From positions 330,310 through 394,309 of the forward strand of contig JBNZDD010013604.1 in the NCBI GenBank assembly GCA_050575255.1: a DNA stretch of 64,000 bases. Reading direction: 5' to 3'. Source of the stretch: Harriotta raleighana. Its lineage: Eukaryota. This document shows, in pieces, positions 62,540-64,000 of the stretch. Both the position numbers and the translations under genes were made by a program. Within the stretch, counting starts at the first letter, position 1; the number at the start of each line of letters is the position of its first letter. The notes beneath the pieces are model-generated. The model searched no databases. It was not told where the DNA came from and was given only the letters and a program-made list of their open reading frames with translations.

Positions 62540-62858
62540 GGAGTCCTTCAGCTGTAGTTAGACCACTCGCCTTACAAGTGTGAGACCTGTGTTTCGAATC
62601 CAGGCAGGTTAAGGCAAAACCTTGGGCAAGTTTCCCTACTCCACCTGCCTAATAATAATCCCTCCAAAAATACACAATAAGAAAATTGGTCATTTTAATC
62701 CACGACTGTTGTGGAACACTGCTGTGCGCAATTGGCTGCCGCATTTTGTCCATATATATAGTGTCAATTCATTTTACAGTATATTCTGTGAAACGCTTTG
62801 AGATATGTAGAAGACACGAAAAGCGCTATATCAAATGCAAGGATTATTATTTATTATT
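62540..62858 (+). mobile_element. tRNA-derived SINE, short variant, full length
   Basis: Collinear with 38537-38853; B box tttcgaatcc. Confidence 0.92.
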
Positions 62859-63582
62859 AGATTGTACTGTTATTAATTTATTGTTTGTGTGTTGTATTAT
62901 TGCAACTCAAACTTTTACATCATCCTTTACTATGGATGATGTAAATTTGTATGTTTAGTTATTTATCTGGTGTTTTGGGCTCTATTCCTATGCCTTGATT
63001 CGGGAGGTTTGGATATTCAGCATTTAGCTGTATTCCCTCTCTAGATCTCGGTGACCTGGCCTTTCTATAATCACTCTTGTCACTTCCCATGAGTCCTTCC
63101 ATATATGTGTTACCTCACTGATTAAATGAGAATTATAACAAAAAGGGTATTTATTGCTTTGTTTCATTTATCCTTCATATGTTACTTCTATTGTGCAGCC
63201 ATATTTATTCAACAAGGAGAAATATTCAGCTAAATCTGTAATACTTTTTCGCTGCCATCAAGTCTGTGCTTGAGGTTCTGTGGCTCCACAGCTCCACTTT
63301 CTGGGTTTCTGGTTCATCTGTTCATCACTAAAAAGTCCCAACTCTAAAAGGAGAACACTTCAAAAGCAATTCAGTTTCAGAATTCTGCAACTGCTTGTTT
63401 TGGTTATACGAGGTGTAGATCTTCACTCTGTAGCAGTGATCTACTTCTGTGATTGATAGCATTAGTAGCAGAGTCTGGAGATCAGGAGCGATGGTAAACA
63501 AAACAGACAGCTGTCGACTTTGATCTCCCTGACTCAAAGGAAAAGGCAAACCTGAGTCACCTCCTGAATACAATCTAGTAGC

Positions 63583-63650
63583 CATGCTGGAAGGTGTTCG
63601 TGTATAGATTGTGGGTGATGACAGGATAAGCCTCAGCTATAATGCCTCGT
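63583..63650 (+). mobile_element. AmnSINE2-like fragment
   Basis: tgctggaaggtgttcgtgtatagattgtgggtgatgacaggataagcctcagctataatgcc. Confidence 0.5.
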
Positions 63651-63739
63651 CCATACCATTTGGCCTTCCGGTACTCGGTGTCCATAACTTACACATGAGG
63701 AATACCCATTTGGATCAGTGCGGAGGCTTTCTGATAACC

Positions 63740-63870
63740 TCTGGCGTTATATCTCCACATTATTTTAAATCCAGATCCTTACACGGCTTTACTCCCATTT
63801 TACCTCTGTAATCTCCTGCAGTCAGACCCAGTCACTCCTTTCTCTTAGAAAACACTGGCCTGCTTCAAGT
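63740..63870 (+). mobile_element. Old L2 fragment
   Basis: ccttacacggctttactccc...ttacctctgtaatctcctgcag resembles the L2 motif SLHG..P.YLCNLLQ. Confidence 0.5.
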
Positions 63871-64000
63871 GCCAAATGAAGCTAATCTGTACCAAGATAA
63901 TTGTTTATAGTGACAAGTTAAAGGTTGTTGAAGCCTCCTTAGTGAAGATTCTGTAAACCACAGCAATACTGTGACTGTCTCTAACTGAAACAATGTGAGA

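Overview
This is AT-rich, CpG-poor vertebrate genomic DNA, not prokaryotic. The repeat content (tRNA-derived Deu-type SINEs with L2 tails, CR1 and L2 3' fragments, AmnSINE2/LF-SINE-like relics) points to a cartilaginous fish, possibly a chimaera; this is an inference. The window appears to lie inside one + strand gene of the MCTP family (multiple C2 and transmembrane domain protein, most like MCTP1). Only two coding exons are visible, 31138-31257 (IFLVLVWNFELYMIPL...GKDNRRISM) and 46034-46093 (QELEENLMEYEEDDDVKVDK), and neither is in the ORF track. The listed ORFs are chance ORFs or retroelement remnants. The introns hold many SINE and LINE fragments, two nested insertions (an L2 inside a SINE B-box and a Tigger/pogo-like element inside a SINE tail), a set of apparently unrelated palindromic/fold-back elements, repeat-poor stretches that may be enhancers, and two duplications at single-n gaps that look like assembly artefacts. 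I found no convincing wholly new multi-gene system. The best leads are the fold-back elements, the paralog identity of this MCTP, and the SINE/L2 tail covariation. Repeat boundaries were read by eye and are approximate (about +/-20 bp). Family names come from recalled consensus sequences, not from searches.
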